NCBI GenBank assembly: GCA_964016885.1
Contig: OZ024743.1
Location: forward strand, 269,824,001-269,888,000
Direction: 5' to 3'
Source of the DNA: Eledone cirrhosa
Lineage: Eukaryota
Length of the DNA stretch: 64,000 nt
Below, piece by piece: positions 62,701-64,000 of the stretch; the first letter of the stretch is position 1; each line of letters opens with the position of its first letter. The translations under genes and the position numbers were made by a program. Under the pieces are notes generated by a model that saw nothing but the letters and a program-made list of their open reading frames with translations, made no database searches and was not told the origin of the DNA.

Positions 62701-64000
62701 TGGTGTTGGTAGTAGTGTTTGAGGTGGTGTTGATGTAAGTGGTGTTGGTAGTAGTGTTTGAGGTGGTGTTGATGTTAGTGGTGTTGGTAGTAGTGTTTGA
62801 GGTGGTGTTGATGTTAGTGGTGTTGGTAGTAGTGTTTGACGTGGTGTTGATGTTAGTGGTGTTTGTAGTAGTGTTTGACGTGGTGTTGATGTTAGTGGTG
62901 TTGGTAGTAGTGTTTGAGGTGGTGTTGATGTTAGTGGTGTTGGTAGTAGTGTTTGAGGTGGTGTTGGTGTTAGTGGTGTTGGTAGTAGTGTTTGAGGTGG
63001 TGTTGATGTTAGTGGTGTTGGTAGTAGTGTTTGAGGTGGTGTTGATGTTAGTGGTGTTGGTAGTAGTGTTTAACGTGGTGTTGATGTTAGTGGTGTTGGG
63101 GGTAGTGTTTGAGGTGGTGTTGATGTTAGTGGTGTTGGTAGTAGTGTTTGAGGTGGTGTTGGTGTTAGTGGTGTTGGTAGTAGTGTTTGAGGTGGTGTTG
63201 ATTTTAGTGGTGTTGGTAGTAGTGTTTGAGGTGGTGTTGATGTTAGTGGTGTTGGTAGTAGTGTTTGAGGTGGTGTTGATGTTAGTGGTGTTGGTAGTAG
63301 TGTTTGAGGTGGTGTTGATGTTAGTGGTGTTGGTAGTAGTGTTGGAGGTGGTGTTGATGTTAGTGGTGTTGGTAGTAGTGTTTGAGGTGGTGTTGATGTT
63401 AGTGGTGTTGGTAGTAGTGTTTGAGGTGGTGTTGATCTTAGTGGTGATGGTAGTAGTGTTTGAGGTGGTGTTGATGTTAGAGGTGTTGGTAGTAGTGTTT
63501 GAGGTGGTGTTGATGTTAGTGGGGTTGGGGGTAGTGTTTGATGTGGTGTTGATATTAGTGGTGTTGGGGGTAGTGTTTGAGGTGGTGTTGATGTTAGTGG
63601 TGTTGGTAGTAGTGTTTGAGGTGGTGTTGGTGTTAGTGGTGTTGGTAGTAGTGTTTGAGGTGGTGTTGATTTTAGTGGTGTTGGTAGTAGTGTTTGAGGT
63701 GGTGTTGATGTTAGTGGTGATGGTAGTAGTGTTTGAGGTGGTGTTGATGTTAGAGGTGTTGGTAGTAGTGTTTGAGGTGGTGTTGATGTTAGTGGGGTTG
63801 GGGGTAGTGTTTGATGTGGTGTTGATGTTAGTGGTGTTGGGGGTAGTGTTTGAGGTGGTGTTGATGTTAGTGGTGTTGGTAGTAGTGTTTGAGGTGGTGT
63901 TGGTGTTAGTGGTGTTGGTAGTAGTGTTTGAGGTGGTGTTGATTTTAGTGGTGTTGGTAGTAGTGTTTGAGGTGGTGTTGATGTTAGTGGTGTTGGTAGT

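Larger units (their letters stand above)
1..64000. repeat. 39-bp tandem satellite/minisatellite array, about 1,640 monomers, consensus TTTGAGGTGGTGTTGATGTTAGTGGTGTTGGTAGTAGTG; extends beyond both window edges
   Basis: Read directly: TTTGAG recurs every 39 nt from position 8 to the end. Most monomers match the consensus or differ by a few substitutions. No non-repeat insert or inversion was seen. Confidence 0.99.
32400..64000. repeat. Array domain B: monomer variants distinct from domain A, with a patchwork of duplications
   Basis: Diagnostic variants are GGTCTGAG (11 copies, TGA ending at 34112, 36243, 39924, 41835, 45288, 49344, 52017, 53109, 60204, 60789, 61997), 38-bp monomers ending TT(A/G)GGGTAGTG, GATTTTA, TTAGTTGTG, GTGATGTTG and frequent GAGGAG. 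These are absent or very rare before about 31 kb. Confidence 0.88.

Noticed and set aside
5-62738. Plus-strand ORFs up to 2,142 aa of (FEVVLMLVVLVVV)n
   Set aside because: They are an automatic result of a stop-free 39-bp unit with T at the middle codon position. The product is implausibly hydrophobic, has no unique domain, and is broken by amplified stops (GTCTGA, ATGTAA) and frameshifts.
1-64000. CRISPR array (unit size resembles a direct repeat)
   Set aside because: Monomers are directly adjacent, with no unique spacers, leader, palindrome or cas genes.
1-64000. Bisulfite-converted or otherwise artefactual C-less sequence
   Set aside because: Residual Cs occur in non-CpG contexts (TTACTG, GTGCTG, GATCTT, GTCTGA, GACATG) and recur at consistent positions in duplicated blocks, as expected for real inherited variants.
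1-64000. GAGG/GAGGAGG Shine-Dalgarno-like motifs upstream of ATG/GTG, and GCTGGTGG Chi-like GTGGTG motifs
   Set aside because: They are intrinsic to the repeat composition. There is no prokaryotic gene context, and I saw no exact Chi site.
1-64000. Variant order as an information-bearing code or diversity-generating cassette system
   Set aside because: The variant patterns are explained by nested duplication and local homogenisation. No recombinase, reverse transcriptase or expression site is present in the window.

Overview
The whole 64 kb is one uninterrupted, single-orientation tandem array of a 39-bp monomer, consensus TTTGAGGTGGTGTTGATGTTAGTGGTGTTGGTAGTAGTG (about 1,640 copies; 17 G, 17 T, 5 A and no C on the + strand). 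The array runs off both ends, and I found no unique flanking DNA, RNA gene, transposon or CRISPR spacer. The long ORFs follow from the repeat itself: 39 is divisible by 3 and three of six frames have no stop (+ FEVVLMLVVLVVV; - NTTTNTTNINTTS; - TLLPTPLTSTPPQ). Frameshifts have been copied many times through the array, which favours non-coding satellite or minisatellite DNA, though a degenerate mucin-like origin cannot be excluded. The structure lies in the monomer variants. There are two domains with different diagnostic variants (about 1-29.6 kb and about 32.4-64 kb), nested higher-order repeats (about 3.3 kb and 10 kb on the left; 77 bp, 857 bp, about 2.1 kb and 7.5-7.8 kb on the right), recurrent 15-bp internal deletions, and a CpG gain-then-decay pattern suggesting CpG methylation. 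I cannot support a new gene system here, and the organism cannot be determined from this sequence.
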